DNA of 64,000 bases, from NCBI GenBank assembly GCA_045612805.1, contig JAZKZR010000008.1, forward strand, positions 6,276 through 70,275. The letters run 5' to 3'. This stretch comes from Candidatus Enterousia sp. (GTDB lineage Bacteria; Pseudomonadota; Alphaproteobacteria; Rs-D84). The notes below the pieces were generated by a model that saw nothing but the letters and a program-made list of their open reading frames with translations, was not told the DNA's origin and did no database searches. Position 1 is the stretch's first letter, and every line of letters starts with the position of its first letter. Positions 9,815 through 20,538 of the stretch are shown piece after piece. Made by a program: the position numbers and the translations under genes.

Positions 9815-10273
9815 TTAATTCAGCAGTTCGCGCGCCTGGTGCAGTAAATCGACCGCGATATCCAACTTTGTTAAATCAATTGATGTGGCACCCGCGGGGC
9901 GTTCGTTCATAAAGTTATCATACACACTTTGCAACCGCGATTCCGGGTCGAAACTTTGCGGACGCGGTTCGGGACGCAACGCAGGCCGTGGGCGTGGCAC
10001 CGGTGTCCAAGACGCATTCGAATCAATCGCAGAAAATTCACCACTGCGTATCATTTTTTTGACCCCCGCGATGGTAAGCCCCCGGTTATACAATAAATCC
10101 TTTATCGTGCGCAGGCGCGCAACCATTTCGGCGCGATAATACCGTCGTCCGCCCGCACCCGCGACCGGGCGCACGACACTTGGAAATTGTTTTTCCCAAT
10201 AACGAAGTGTGTACGCTGGTATCCCAAGTTCTTGGGACACCGTATTTATTGATGCAAAATATTCGTTATCCAT
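9815..10273 (-). CDS. MerR-family transcriptional regulator
   Basis: HTH region [22 protein letters not shown]...RRYY, then a Pro/Arg-rich linker. Start taken at MDNEYF; overlaps the gyrA stop by 8 nt. Confidence 0.75.
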   Translation of the reverse strand: MDNEYFASINTVSQELGIPAYTLRYWEKQFPSVVRPVAGAGGRRYYRAEMVARLRTIKDLLYNRGLTIAGVKKMIRSGEFSAIDSNASWTPVPRPRPALRPEPRPQSFDPESRLQSVYDNFMNERPAGATSIDLTKLDIAVDLLHQARELLN

Positions 10274-12998
10274 TCGTAACTTCTTCTGTTTCGGTTTCGT
10301 CTGCGCCGTCCGATTCAATAGATATTGCCGACATAACCTTTTCATTTTCCGCCGTGCGGAACAGTGTCACACCGGCGGTGCTGCGTCCGGCGATGCGAAT
10401 GTCCGATGCCGGCGTGCGGATGATTTTACCGCCGTCCGTCACCATAATAACATCGTTTTCCGCCGTAACCGGGAACGAACCCGCCACCGCGGTATTTTTC
10501 CCGCCAAGTTTGATATTTGCAAAACCGCCACCACCACGATGCGTTAGGCGATATTCATACGAACTGGTGCGCTTTCCAAATCCGTTTTCGGAAATCGTCA
10601 AAATGAATTCTTCGCGTGCCGCCAATTCCGCCATTTTCGCGTCGTCCAAGACAAGTGTTGTTGTTTCTTCTTCGTTGTCGGCCTCTTCTTCTATACCGGT
10701 GGCGGCACGACGCGCGGCGCGGCTTTGTTTCACATACGCCGCACGCACCGCGGAATCAGATTCGCCACGATTCAACATCGACATACCGATAATGCGGTCA
10801 TCTTTGCCAAGTGTGATTCCACGCACGCCCGTTGAATTGCGGCCGGCAAAGATACGAATTTCCGGAACCGGGAAACGAATACAACGCCCGCGATAGGTCG
10901 CCAAAAACACATCTTGGTCTTCGGTGCACGGCAACACGGAAACCAAACTGTCGCCATCGTCCAACTTCATTGCGATTTTTCCGTTCGCGCGAATTGAATC
11001 AAAGTCCGCCATACGATTGCGACGCACCGTTCCCGACGCCGTCACGAACATAAGGAAGTGTTCTTTGCCAGAATCCTTTATCGCCGCCACATCATCTTCG
11101 GGCACCGGCAAAATTGCGGTAATCGTTTCGTTTTCGGAAAGTGGCAACAGATTCACCAACGGCCGTCCCTTGGCCGCGGCCGCCGCCTCTGGCAATTTAT
11201 AGGTTTTTAATTTATAGCACAAACCACGCGACGAGAAGAACAACAATGGCGTATGCGTGTTTGCAACGAAAACCTGAACCACATAGTCGTCATCCTTGGT
11301 CGACATTGCGTTGCGGCCCTTGCCCCCGCGTTTTTGTGCGCGGTATGTATCCAAAGACACACGTTTGATATAGCCCGTATTGGAAACGGTCACAACCATA
11401 TCTTCACGGGCAATTAAATCTTCGATATCAATGTCGATTTCCGCATCAGAAATTTCCGTCCGACGTGGCGAAGCCCAATTATCGCGCACCGCGGCGGTTT
11501 CTTCACGAATAATTTGCACAATGCGTTCGTGCGACGCAAGTATGTCCAACAAATCGCGAATCTGCGCGCCCAATTCCACCAAATCCGCGTGCAATTTGTC
11601 GCGCTCAAGCCCCGTTAGCCGGTGCAATTGCAATTCCAAAATCGCACGCGCCTGGTCTTCGGACATATAGAACATGCCGTCTTTGTATTCCGTGTTTGGG
11701 TCATCAATAAGTTGAATATAATTTTCAATATCCGATGCCCGCCACCCGCGCGATACAAGTGCAATACGCGCCTCTTCTGGGTTGGCGGACGATTTAATAA
11801 GTTCAATAACTTCGTCCAAATTGCCAACCGCAACCGAAAGTCCCAACAATGTGTGTGCACGATTACGCGCCTTGTTCAAATCAAAGATTGTTCGACGGCG
11901 AATAACCTCCTCACGAAATTCAATAAACGCATCAAGGACACCGCGAACATTGAACAACATCGGCCGCCCGCGGTTTAGTGCCATCATATTCACAGGGAAA
12001 TTCGTCTGCATTTCCGTGTATTGGAACAGATGATTCAACACAACGTCCGGAATCGCATCGCGTTTCAGTTCGATAACGATACGCAAACCTTCCTTGGACG
12101 ATTCATCGCGGATTTCAGAAATACCTTCTATCTTTTTATCCTTGGTCAATTCGGCAATTTTGATAATCATTTGCGCTTTGTTTACCTGGTACGGGATTTC
12201 GTCGACAACAATCGCCTCGTGATCATGGAATTTTTCAGTATGTGTTTTTGCGCGAACAATTATCGAACCGCGTCCGGTCGTATGTGCCTTGTACGCGCCA
12301 GTGCGCCCCATGATAATCGCGCCCGTCGGAAAGTCCGGACCGGGGATAATTCCAAACAATTCATCATCGGAAATTTCCCGATTATCCAAAATCGCCAAAA
12401 TTCCATTACAAATTTCACCCAAATTATATGTCGGTACATTTGTCGCCATACCAACCGCGATACCCGAACCACCATTGACCAAGAAATTTGGAAACTTGGT
12501 CGGCAAAACAACCGGTTCTTGGAGTGTTCCGTCAAAGTTCGGTTGCCAATCAACGGTGTCTTTGTCCATATCTTCCATGAGTGACGCGCCAAGTTTTGAA
12601 AGGCGCGCTTCGGTGTAACGCATGGCGGCGGCCTTGTCCCCGTCGCGCGAACCGAAATTACCCTGCCCCTGGACCAGCATTTCGCCCATAGAGAAATCTT
12701 GACCCATGCGGACCATGGCCTCGTATATTGAACTATCGCCATGGGGATGGTATTTACCCATAACATCACCGACAATACGCGCAGATTTAACCGTTGGCTT
12801 GGTTGCCGGCGCAACATCGTTCATAACATATAAAATACGGCGGTGCACCGGTTTGCAACCGTCGCGCACATCAGGCAACGCGCGGTCAACAATAACCGAC
12901 ATCGCATAGTCCAAAAACGATGTCCGCATTTCATGTTCAATCGAAGATTGTGGAATTTTGATTGCGTTTATTTCGTTTGTATTTTCAATTTCTGACAT
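10266..12998 (-). CDS. gyrA: DNA gyrase subunit A
   Basis: Start at MSEIEN with aaggaaag SD. Contains the AMRYTEARL active-site Tyr region and C-terminal beta-pinwheel repeats; 910 aa. Confidence 0.95.
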   Translation of the reverse strand: MSEIENTNEINAIKIPQSSIEHEMRTSFLDYAMSVIVDRALPDVRDGCKPVHRRILYVMNDVAPATKPTVKSARIVGDVMGKYHPHGDSSIYEAMVRMGQDFSMGEMLVQGQGNFGSRDGDKAAAMRYTEARLSKLGASLMEDMDKDTVDWQPNFDGTLQEPVVLPTKFPNFLVNGGSGIAVGMATNVPTYNLGEICNGILAILDNREISDDELFGIIPGPDFPTGAIIMGRTGAYKAHTTGRGSIIVRAKTHTEKFHDHEAIVVDEIPYQVNKAQMIIKIAELTKDKKIEGISEIRDESSKEGLRIVIELKRDAIPDVVLNHLFQYTEMQTNFPVNMMALNRGRPMLFNVRGVLDAFIEFREEVIRRRTIFDLNKARNRAHTLLGLSVAVGNLDEVIELIKSSANPEEARIALVSRGWRASDIENYIQLIDDPNTEYKDGMFYMSEDQARAILELQLHRLTGLERDKLHADLVELGAQIRDLLDILASHERIVQIIREETAAVRDNWASPRRTEISDAEIDIDIEDLIAREDMVVTVSNTGYIKRVSLDTYRAQKRGGKGRNAMSTKDDDYVVQVFVANTHTPLLFFSSRGLCYKLKTYKLPEAAAAAKGRPLVNLLPLSENETITAILPVPEDDVAAIKDSGKEHFLMFVTASGTVRRNRMADFDSIRANGKIAMKLDDGDSLVSVLPCTEDQDVFLATYRGRCIRFPVPEIRIFAGRNSTGVRGITLGKDDRIIGMSMLNRGESDSAVRAAYVKQSRAARRAATGIEEEADNEEETTTLVLDDAKMAELAAREEFILTISENGFGKRTSSYEYRLTHRGGGGFANIKLGGKNTAVAGSFPVTAENDVIMVTDGGKIIRTPASDIRIAGRSTAGVTLFRTAENEKVMSAISIESDGADETETEEVTNG

Positions 12999-13094
12999 GA
13001 TAAAACTTTCCTTATGTTTTTCGCATATAAAACATAGCAAATTTTTACCGCGCGGGTCAAGAAATAAAGCAAATTTTGCACACCAAAATTCAGA

Positions 13095-13123
13095 TTGACA
13101 AAGCGATTTGTTTGTAATACAGT
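13095..13123 (+). promoter_or_regulatory. candidate promoter (TTGACA-17-TACAGT)
   Basis: Perfect -35 hexamer and a 4/6 -10 hexamer upstream of the small ORF and rpmH. Confidence 0.4.
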
Positions 13124-13147
13124 TAAAATAGAACAAAAGGAAAACTT

Positions 13148-13249
13148 ATGAAATTATTTTTACCTTTTTATAATTTATTTGCGGCGTTGTTCGCGTGGCA
13201 CCTTGTTGTGTTGGCGTTGCAAAAATTGGGATTGACAAAAAGTAAATAA
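13148..13249 (+). CDS. possible small hydrophobic peptide (33 aa, [33 protein letters not shown])
   Basis: aaagga SD 8 nt upstream, a single predicted TM. Below the ORF-track size cutoff. Unproven. Confidence 0.3.
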   Translation: MKLFLPFYNLFAALFAWHLVVLALQKLGLTKSK

Positions 13250-13304
13250 AATATTTGCTTTTTTGCAAAAGGTATGGTTAAATATACACACAAAAGGATT
13301 TGAA

Positions 13305-13457
13305 ATGGCAACTAAAAGAACATATCAACCGTCAAAAACACGTCGCATTCGCACACACGGGTTCCGTGCGCGCATGGCAACCAAGGGTGGTCGCGATGTA
13401 TTAAATCGTCGCCGTGCGACGGGCCGCAAAAGAATCGCGGTTACGGCGGCAAATTAA
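13305..13457 (+). CDS. rpmH: 50S ribosomal protein L34
   Basis: [46 protein letters not shown]; SD aaaagga. Confidence 0.93.
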   Translation: MATKRTYQPSKTRRIRTHGFRARMATKGGRDVLNRRRATGRKRIAVTAAN

Positions 13458-13485
13458 AAAAATCGCCAAATGGCGATTTTTTTTA
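13456..13485 (+). terminator. rho-independent terminator of rpmH
   Basis: aatcgccaaatggcgatt hairpin followed by a T8 run. Confidence 0.75.
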
Positions 13486-13591
13486 GTGGTTAGTGTTAGT
13501 GGCTGGTGGTTAGTGATAGCAAACAACAAAAACCGCCGGATTTCCGGCGGTTCACTAACTACTAACACTGGCCACTTAAACTAACCACTAA
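13483..13591. repeat. composite repeat copy B: TTAGTGG heptads as imperfect inverted arms around a GC hairpin
   Basis: ttagtggttagtgttagtggctggtggttagtg ... aaaccgccggatttccggcggtt ... cactaactactaacactggccacttaaactaaccactaa. The right arm supplies the last codons and the TAG stop of the 13581 gene. Confidence 0.7.
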
Positions 13592-14288
13592 TTTTTCCAT
13601 TTGTGGCGGTGATGTCGGCACCGATTTCAATTTTGCCGCCCGATTCACGCACAATCAATTCACCGGCACATATTTCCGCAAAATCAATTGTGCCGGACAT
13701 AAATGCATCAAATTTTCCCGCGGCAACCCATGCCAAATCCATCGCCGGGCAACCGGTTTCACGGACCGCACCAACGCCAAGCGGATTTCCCGCAATACCG
13801 TTGTATGCCGCCGTCATATCCGCCGGGTCTTTGATATTAGAAACGCGAATGCGCGCCGAATGAAATGCCGAATATGCAAATGCGCCCGCGCCCGATTCCG
13901 CATAATACAGATATTCATCAATTGGGGAATATATAAGTGCGATTTTCGTTTCATAACCCGTGCGCAGTGCAAGTGATATCGCAAATCGTGGATTTGCACG
14001 CACAAAATTTTCCGCCCCTGACAACGCCAAAACAAATTCATCGCGTCCGTCACCGTCACGCGTTAAATTCGGTGTCAAAAGTCCCGCCGACGGGCGAACA
14101 AGTGATAAATCTGATAAAATTTCTTCTTCGATTCGTGTGGCGGCACGATGCACAAAATCCCGCGCCCCGCGCAGGGATTGTTGCAGATTTTCAACTTCGC
14201 CAAAATCGTGACGCAAACCGGTTGCCGTTCGTTGCAACGCCATAAACATTTTATTCAGTTCCGGCGAACCCTTAATCAGCAAATCCAT
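13581..14288 (-). CDS. inositol monophosphatase family protein (SuhB-like)
   Basis: IMPase motifs LIYSPIDEY, WVAAGKFDAF and DFAEICAGELIV. C-terminal ...KISG* is encoded within repeat B. Confidence 0.8.
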   Translation of the reverse strand: MDLLIKGSPELNKMFMALQRTATGLRHDFGEVENLQQSLRGARDFVHRAATRIEEEILSDLSLVRPSAGLLTPNLTRDGDGRDEFVLALSGAENFVRANPRFAISLALRTGYETKIALIYSPIDEYLYYAESGAGAFAYSAFHSARIRVSNIKDPADMTAAYNGIAGNPLGVGAVRETGCPAMDLAWVAAGKFDAFMSGTIDFAEICAGELIVRESGGKIEIGADITATNGKISG

Positions 14289-14318
14289 AATGCGCCCCCC
14301 AAATGCATAAAGTTTTTC

Positions 14319-14531
14319 TTAGAAACCAAATCCGGCGTATTTCTTTTTGAAACTTTCCGTCCTGCGGCCCTTTTCACCGGTGTTTGAACGTTGACCGGTC
14401 CACGCGGAATGATTCAAATTATCGGTCGAAAGAACCAAATCTTTCTTAACCGAGGAATACATTTTAACCGTTTTGCCATCAGTCATTGTGACATTGATTT
14501 CATGATATTCTGGATGAATGCCTTTTTTCAT
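14319..14531 (-). CDS. rpmE: 50S ribosomal protein L31
   Basis: MKKGIHPEYHEINVTMTDGKTVKMYSS... Confidence 0.9.
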   Translation of the reverse strand: MKKGIHPEYHEINVTMTDGKTVKMYSSVKKDLVLSTDNLNHSAWTGQRSNTGEKGRRTESFKKKYAGFGF

Positions 14532-14597
14532 CGCTTTTACCCTTTTTGTTTTTTATTTGTCACGGGATTATACCGCCTTTTTTTGAAAAAGCAAGGG

Positions 14598-14637
14598 AAT
14601 TAGTGGTTAGTGTTAGTGGTTAGTGTTAGTGGGCGGT
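14598..14637. repeat. TTAGTGG heptad repeat block (copy C)
   Basis: ttagtggttagtgttagtggttagtgttagtggg between rpmE and the flavodoxin-like gene. Confidence 0.65.
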
Positions 14638-14638
14638 A

Positions 14639-15154
14639 TCAATACTGGCCGATGCAACCAAGATATGAATTTCCGGTCGATTCAAGGATATTTACAAACT
14701 TGTTCTTATCATGCCCGGCAAACAGTGCAAGTATTGTTCCCGCATCCGTCGCCAACATATCCGCAACGGTTGCGATTTCGGAACTCATTTTCTTGAAAAA
14801 TCCACTTGTTGGGTATATTTCCGCCGCGAACAGTTGGTGTGCCGCACGCCGGCCATGATGCGTTGCGGGCGCGCTTTCAATTACCATCAATTGGCATTCG
14901 GGGGAAACAATAACCTTGTCCGTTATGGCCGCGTCCCCACCCAGCAATTCGCCCCACCAACCGGTTGAACCGCAAAACACAGGGTAATAGATAACCGCAT
15001 CGGGGTGCGTGGCAAAAATATCGGCGACATTTAAATCGCCTGTGACAACTTCTGGCATTGCGCCAATTGCCGCATTTATAACTTTGCGCGCCGTCTGATA
15101 TGTGGTATCGGACTTCGTGCTGTGTGGCCAATAAAGAATCGGAAATCTACTCAT
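14639..15154 (-). CDS. flavodoxin-like fold NAD(P)H oxidoreductase family protein (KefG/MdaB-like)
   Basis: ILYWPHS...S N-terminal pattern and AVIYYPVFCGSTGWW resemble the Flavodoxin_2 family. Judged by eye only. Confidence 0.5.
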   Translation of the reverse strand: MSRFPILYWPHSTKSDTTYQTARKVINAAIGAMPEVVTGDLNVADIFATHPDAVIYYPVFCGSTGWWGELLGGDAAITDKVIVSPECQLMVIESAPATHHGRRAAHQLFAAEIYPTSGFFKKMSSEIATVADMLATDAGTILALFAGHDKNKFVNILESTGNSYLGCIGQY

Positions 15155-15223
15155 TGCTAAGAATTATATCAGATTCGGTGCGAATAAAAAAGGGGGGATA
15201 AAAAAATAAATTTCTTGATTTTT

Positions 15224-16519
15224 TTATTTTTTTAGGTTTTTCCACCATTTCCCAAGTGTTGCGCGGGTTAAATCGAAATCTTTTTTCGCCGTCACATAGA
15301 ATTTATCGGATATTTTGACATTGAATAATGTCTTTACCAGATTCGGTATCGATGTCATAAACACCGCAAAAAACGCCCCAAGCATTATGATGGACAACAG
15401 TCCCCCGTCCCGCAACATAAGGCCATCCATAAGAATTTGCGAATCGCCACTGGAAATTGCCGCCGCGATTCGGGATATTCCCCCAATGTGTCCCACAATC
15501 GCGTCTAAAAATGACAGACCAAACACCAAAAACACGACCGTCATGGCGATTCCGACCGTTCCGGTTATAACATCGTCTATCATGCCTTGGATATTTTTGC
15601 CACCCTTTGGAAAGATTTTATCCCACCCCTTAAACAGCCACGACAGCAACATCAGCGGCAACATAACCATATCCAGCGCAAGCGTCACGAATATTTCAAG
15701 AAAATAAAGCGGTATCGGCAAAAGTGCCATAAAATACAACGCCAAAACAAGAAGGCCTGCAAAAAATATCGGAACATTTGGGAAAATCGGAATATCCCAC
15801 ATAATTTTATGCATATATTCGGCGTTAAATGCCATATTCAACATTGTCCACCCAACCGTCATCCCAAGACCGGTCACTTGGTGCACATTGGCCAGTTCAC
15901 AGGTCAGACCACTGCGCAATTTTACCGGGAACGCCCCCGCCGGCATATTTCCGTTTGCCAATGATGTGCGATTCGCGTTTTCATCCAAAAGCGCCGTCGC
16001 CACCATACATTCGGAAAACTTTTCGGTGTCACCGATTATATGATTCACCGATAAACCAAGATTGAAAATCGGTTCAATAACAACGCCACTTATTAAACGT
16101 GGCAACGGAAATACCAACAACGCACTTACTATCGCCAATCGGATTAAATGCGTTCCAAAATTCGATGCCGTTGTCCAACCACTTTCAACCTTGCCGTTCA
16201 TAAAGTTTGATGCAAGTGTCCATGTGAAATACACCGCCGTAAGCATCGCCGCAATTGGAATTATGACTTCGCCGATGCCGTAATAAATCGGTGGTAAAAT
16301 GTTTGAAAGTTTCGCCATGATGGAAGAAAACATTTCGCATGTCCAACACGAAGAAAAAAAACTAAGCGCATCTTGCATATCAACCGGTGCCGTACTGCGC
16401 CAGATTGAAAATCCCGCAATCGTTGCCGCGCCCGCCGCAAGCAGCCATGGCAATATCGCGCCCGCCGATAATGGAAAGAACGATAAAAATACAATAAAAA
16501 ATTTTTTTAACTTGCTCAT
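15224..16519 (-). CDS. polytopic membrane protein, paralog 1 of 5 (candidate VirB6/TrbL-like)
   Basis: Signal peptide/TM1, a CWTCEMF motif before TM2, about 7 TM with a ~100 aa central hydrophilic loop, and a Lys-rich C-terminus. Divergent from paralogs 2-5. TATAAT lies 7 nt upstream of the ATG. Confidence 0.7.
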   Translation of the reverse strand: MSKLKKFFIVFLSFFPLSAGAILPWLLAAGAATIAGFSIWRSTAPVDMQDALSFFSSCWTCEMFSSIMAKLSNILPPIYYGIGEVIIPIAAMLTAVYFTWTLASNFMNGKVESGWTTASNFGTHLIRLAIVSALLVFPLPRLISGVVIEPIFNLGLSVNHIIGDTEKFSECMVATALLDENANRTSLANGNMPAGAFPVKLRSGLTCELANVHQVTGLGMTVGWTMLNMAFNAEYMHKIMWDIPIFPNVPIFFAGLLVLALYFMALLPIPLYFLEIFVTLALDMVMLPLMLLSWLFKGWDKIFPKGGKNIQGMIDDVITGTVGIAMTVVFLVFGLSFLDAIVGHIGGISRIAAAISSGDSQILMDGLMLRDGGLLSIIMLGAFFAVFMTSIPNLVKTLFNVKISDKFYVTAKKDFDLTRATLGKWWKNLKK

Positions 16520-16583
16520 TTCATTTAATTATACCACAATTTTGCCAAGATGTGATATAAATCGAATTATAAATGTAGGAAGT
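16520..16583. promoter_or_regulatory. divergent promoter region of the membrane-protein array
   Basis: 64 bp AT-rich spacer between P1 (-) and P2 (+). ggtataat sits on the P1 side and gtaggaagt SD on the P2 side. Confidence 0.4.
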
Positions 16584-17867
16584 ATGTTTTTACATCGTTT
16601 GCTTTTTGCAAAATTTTTAAGGCGGATTATTGTGCCGGCGTTATTGGTCGCGGCCTTTGTCACGCCGGGCGCGGCATTTGCAAAGTGGGAAATTGTTGAT
16701 AAATTAAATCTTGCGCCGTTTGTGCCACGTGTATTGGATGCGTTTATGATGGTTGCGCGTGGCGGTTATGAATACTTTGTGGGTTCGGGTGACGGAATCA
16801 TTTATATTTTTGTTTGGGCGTTTTTGGCGATATCTATTTTTATGTACGCGTTCAAAATGTATTTTCCAAAACGGTGGTTGGAATTTTTCGGAATGTCCGG
16901 CGGTGGCGAAATGTGGGACGGCAATGTTAAAGGTTTCACGATGGTTGAAACGGTCCTTAAAAGTGGTGTTCGCGCAATTGTTGCCGCGGTGTTGCTGTTG
17001 CAGGTTAGGCCGATTTATGTCACACAATGGTTGGTGAATCCGTTCTTGGAATTTGGTGCAATTTATACATCAGCGATTACCGACCAGGCGAATATCACCG
17101 GAGTAAAAAAGCAAAACATCGAATGTCCTGAAAGTATTTTATCAAATGATTGGATAAGTAAAAAAAGTTGCAATTTTTTAATACAACCAATATCTGATTT
17201 GTCGGCGGTGAATAATGCGGTTGTTAAACGCGGGTTTGAATTTGTGTCGCGTGGAATTCGTGGGTTATTCACTATATTTTCACACGGCGGTCAAAACATA
17301 ATGGATATGATAACGGGCGTGTTGTTGATATTTACCTTTGTTGGATGCAATTTGTTTATGGCGTTGCTAATTATCCAAGGTATATTTGATTTTGGCGTTG
17401 CACTTATTCTTTATCCGTTTAATGTTTTGGCATGGGTTGCAAAGAAAAGTGACAAGTGGCTTGATATCTGGCCGGCGTTTGATGGAATTATTACGGCACT
17501 GCGCAAACTGGTTATCACGATGATTGCGTGCGCGTTTATTATGATTATAAATGTTGCGATTGTGCATGCGTTGTTTGGTTTGAATAACAGTGTATTTAAT
17601 GTTGTGGCGGGCGGAACCGCGACAAGTAATTTGGTCACGAACAGTGCGATTGGATTTGGTGGACATTCTATGCTGTGGCTATCGTCGATACTTACGTTCT
17701 TTTTAATGAATGCGATATTTGAAATGACCAAAGACCAACTAAACAAATATGCGCCGGGCATGACAGGCATGTACGAACAGGTCAAAGGTGATTTTAACGC
17801 GACAACGGCAAAGGCCAAGGGAACATATGAATCAATAAAAAAGATATTGGGGCTTATTAAAAAATGA
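16584..17867 (+). CDS. polytopic membrane protein, paralog 2 of 5
   Basis: Start moved to ATG 16584 (SD aggaag, signal peptide MFLHRLLFAKFLRRIIVPALLVAAFVTPGAAFA). The longer 16299 ORF would overlap P1. About 6-7 TM, C-terminal KKILGLIKK. Confidence 0.7.
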   Translation: MFLHRLLFAKFLRRIIVPALLVAAFVTPGAAFAKWEIVDKLNLAPFVPRVLDAFMMVARGGYEYFVGSGDGIIYIFVWAFLAISIFMYAFKMYFPKRWLEFFGMSGGGEMWDGNVKGFTMVETVLKSGVRAIVAAVLLLQVRPIYVTQWLVNPFLEFGAIYTSAITDQANITGVKKQNIECPESILSNDWISKKSCNFLIQPISDLSAVNNAVVKRGFEFVSRGIRGLFTIFSHGGQNIMDMITGVLLIFTFVGCNLFMALLIIQGIFDFGVALILYPFNVLAWVAKKSDKWLDIWPAFDGIITALRKLVITMIACAFIMIINVAIVHALFGLNNSVFNVVAGGTATSNLVTNSAIGFGGHSMLWLSSILTFFLMNAIFEMTKDQLNKYAPGMTGMYEQVKGDFNATTAKAKGTYESIKKILGLIKK

Positions 17868-19084
17868 ACGGGATATTGAACGGTTTTGTTGATACCGCGG
17901 TGCAATGTTGGGGGTGCGCTGTGTTTGATAACCTGTTCCGCGTTGTGTCAAATGCGGGTGCCGCCGTTTATAATAAAATCGCCGACATATGTTTTATACT
18001 GTTTGCGGTGCTGTTTGTGTTCTTTGTTGTGTGGGCGGTGTGGAAACATGTGAACCCGAAAAAGCCGGAAACAGGCGACCCGTTTTATATGAAATCGGTT
18101 GTGCGCGTTGTTATAAATTCACTGTTTGCACTAACATTACTTGGCGTTGGTGTTGGGTTTCCACGCTTTATAACACGCGTCACATTTGAACCGGTTGCCG
18201 ATGTGACGTTGATATACAGCCAGGCAATGTTGCAAACGACCCCGGCGGCGGTTGATGAACGCGTACCATATAAGTTAGAAAAAATGAACGATGATGGTTT
18301 TTTTAGACCTGCGCTGCGCAACACAATTATATCGATAATGAAAACAACCGTGACAATGTTTCAAGATTATATGAAACTTGGGATTGCGGTTATGGACGGT
18401 GCATTTTCATGGAAACATATTCATAACCTTGGCGATATATTCCGACATATTATTATGTTTTTTGTGGGGCTATATTTGTTCTATGGATTTTTCAAGTTGT
18501 TTATAAAATTTTGTTTTTATTTCGTAGATGTGATTGTAGATATGGCGATGTTTGCGTTTCTGTTTCCGATTGGACTTATGATGATGTCGTTTCGTGGTGG
18601 TGAAATGCCCGATTGGATGTCGTCATTGGGCAAAGGTCTTGGCACAAACCAACTAAAAAAACTTATTAGTGCGATTATAACACTTGCATCGGCGGTGATA
18701 ACATACATGGTAATCCTTGCGATTATATCACGGTATTTTTCTGATGCCGGCATGGATACCAACGAATTGATGAACTCAATTTTATCGGGCGAAGTTTTTG
18801 CATCTGATTTATCAGAAGAAAACCTTGCAAGTATTACATTGATTGGCGCAATAATTTTGGTGTATGTTTTGAATTATATATACAAGCAAATTCCAAATGT
18901 TTCAAAAATGGTACTTGGGGCATTTGGTGCAAGTGACGGCGAAAATAAACTAAGTGAACAAATGGCAAACGATGCAGAAAAATTAGTTGCGCTTGTTACA
19001 AACGGGATAAAAAATGTCGGCAACAAAATTATAAATAACGGTGAAAAGAAAGACGAAAAAACGGGTGACGAGAAAACTAAATGA
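17864..19084 (+). CDS. polytopic membrane protein, paralog 3 of 5
   Basis: ATGA overlap with P2. A CWGCAVFD motif before TM1 aligns with the CWTCEMF of P1. Lys/Glu-rich C-terminal tail. Confidence 0.7.
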   Translation: MNGILNGFVDTAVQCWGCAVFDNLFRVVSNAGAAVYNKIADICFILFAVLFVFFVVWAVWKHVNPKKPETGDPFYMKSVVRVVINSLFALTLLGVGVGFPRFITRVTFEPVADVTLIYSQAMLQTTPAAVDERVPYKLEKMNDDGFFRPALRNTIISIMKTTVTMFQDYMKLGIAVMDGAFSWKHIHNLGDIFRHIIMFFVGLYLFYGFFKLFIKFCFYFVDVIVDMAMFAFLFPIGLMMMSFRGGEMPDWMSSLGKGLGTNQLKKLISAIITLASAVITYMVILAIISRYFSDAGMDTNELMNSILSGEVFASDLSEENLASITLIGAIILVYVLNYIYKQIPNVSKMVLGAFGASDGENKLSEQMANDAEKLVALVTNGIKNVGNKIINNGEKKDEKTGDEKTK

Positions 19085-20538
19085 AAAAATTATTCCTTGG
19101 GTATCTTGTTCGATTCTTGTTCGGCGCAATCGCGTTGGGTGTTGGCGTTTGGTATGTAAGTTCATCGCTATCGGGTGCGTCATTGACATACACCAGTATG
19201 GATGGATTCTTGCGTTCAATCGGTGCGGGGGACGGAAATGTTGCGTCCACCAATGGTTGTTTCCTTTGCAAATATGTGAATGATTTGTTCTTTGTCCTGG
19301 GCGATGCGTCGGAATCTTTTTGGCATGCAATTGTTTCACACCTTTGGATTTTAATGGTGATTGGGTTTGGTGTTTTCCTGTTTATACACAGTGCGAAATA
19401 TATTTACAAGGCAATGATGGAAACAACAAAATTGGACACGGGTGAAAAGAAACTTGCGTTCGGTCCGTGGTTCGATGATGTTTGGAAAAATGGCGTGCGA
19501 ATTATGATTGTCGGTGCAATTATCGGTGCGTTTGGTATGGGTGGCATATCATCAATAAAGGCATTATCAAACATAACGATTCAACCGGTGATGTATGTCG
19601 GAACGGAACTGTCCATGGCGGCAATGGGCATATCAAGTTCCGCACAATGCGTGCCGGCGGAAATCGGTGCGGATAATCCGATGTCATCGGTTTCAAATTC
19701 ATTTATGTGTATTGTTGGGAATATCAACAGTGTTATGCTTGCGGGCGCGGCGGGCGGATTCGCACTGATGAATTACGCGTGGATGGGATTGGGTGGTGGC
19801 GCATTCACATGGATTGCGGGATTGTTGGTTGTGATTATGTTTGTGGTGATTGGGTTCAATTTGTTCTTTGAAATTTTGTCGGTGATATTCAAACTTGTTT
19901 TCCTTGTGATATTTTTACCATTACTTGCGGCGGCGGCGGCATTTGAAAAAACATGGAAAAAGGCATCGGGTGTTGTGAACGGTGCGGTAAAAATGTTGAT
20001 TGAATCCGCGATCAAGGTTGTTGCAATATCATTAAAGGTTGTGATTGTTTACGCGATGGTGTTCTTTGCCGCCGACGAATTTTTCCCCGGGCCGGTGGAT
20101 AAATATAGTGCGATATTCCCACCATTGTTGGTTGGTGAAGTAATGCCAACCGATGCCACCGCGTTGTCCATAAGAAATGTTTTTGCAACATGTGAATCGG
20201 CGGCAACGATAAACGGCACGGTGGATAAAGACGCATTCAAAAATTGCTTTAATTTGCATCGGGCACAAATCGAATCACGATATCCGGGCGCATTTGATTT
20301 TATGCGTGACGGTTTTGGATTTTTGCTATTGATGGCGGGGTTGATATTTATATATTTCTATGTTTTGGCGCCACGTGTTGATAAACTTATTGCAAGTGTG
20401 CCATCATTTGAACCGTTTGGAAAATCCGATGATAGTGGCGGCGGTGTTGATAATTTTGGCACAGATTTGAAAAAATTGGTCAAAATGACATGGAAAAAGC
20501 CACAAGAATTTGCGGATAAATTGATAAAGGAAAAATGA
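19081..20538 (+). CDS. polytopic membrane protein, paralog 4 of 5
   Basis: ATGA overlap with P3. N-terminal signal anchor, a GCFLCKY motif, and an Ala/Gly-rich double TM. Confidence 0.7.
   Translation: MKKLFLGYLVRFLFGAIALGVGVWYVSSSLSGASLTYTSMDGFLRSIGAGDGNVASTNGCFLCKYVNDLFFVLGDASESFWHAIVSHLWILMVIGFGVFLFIHSAKYIYKAMMETTKLDTGEKKLAFGPWFDDVWKNGVRIMIVGAIIGAFGMGGISSIKALSNITIQPVMYVGTELSMAAMGISSSAQCVPAEIGADNPMSSVSNSFMCIVGNINSVMLAGAAGGFALMNYAWMGLGGGAFTWIAGLLVVIMFVVIGFNLFFEILSVIFKLVFLVIFLPLLAAAAAFEKTWKKASGVVNGAVKMLIESAIKVVAISLKVVIVYAMVFFAADEFFPGPVDKYSAIFPPLLVGEVMPTDATALSIRNVFATCESAATINGTVDKDAFKNCFNLHRAQIESRYPGAFDFMRDGFGFLLLMAGLIFIYFYVLAPRVDKLIASVPSFEPFGKSDDSGGGVDNFGTDLKKLVKMTWKKPQEFADKLIKEK

Noticed and set aside
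10180-12817. Multiple 100-240 aa ORFs on both strands inside gyrA (e.g. 10180-10896, 12021-12584, 12260-12817)
   Set aside because: They overlap the 910 aa GyrA frame; spurious.
14639-15154. Linking the flavodoxin-like gene functionally to the CPA2 KefB-like gene at 2704 as a KefF/KefG partner
   Set aside because: The two genes are 10 kb apart and separated by unrelated operons. The similarity to KefG was judged by eye only.
16299-16583. N-terminal 95 aa extension of the paralog-2 ORF, as given in the ORF track (16299-17867)
   Set aside because: It would overlap the 5' end of the divergent P1 gene by >200 bp and has no SD. The ATG at 16584 has an aggaag SD and produces a canonical signal peptide.
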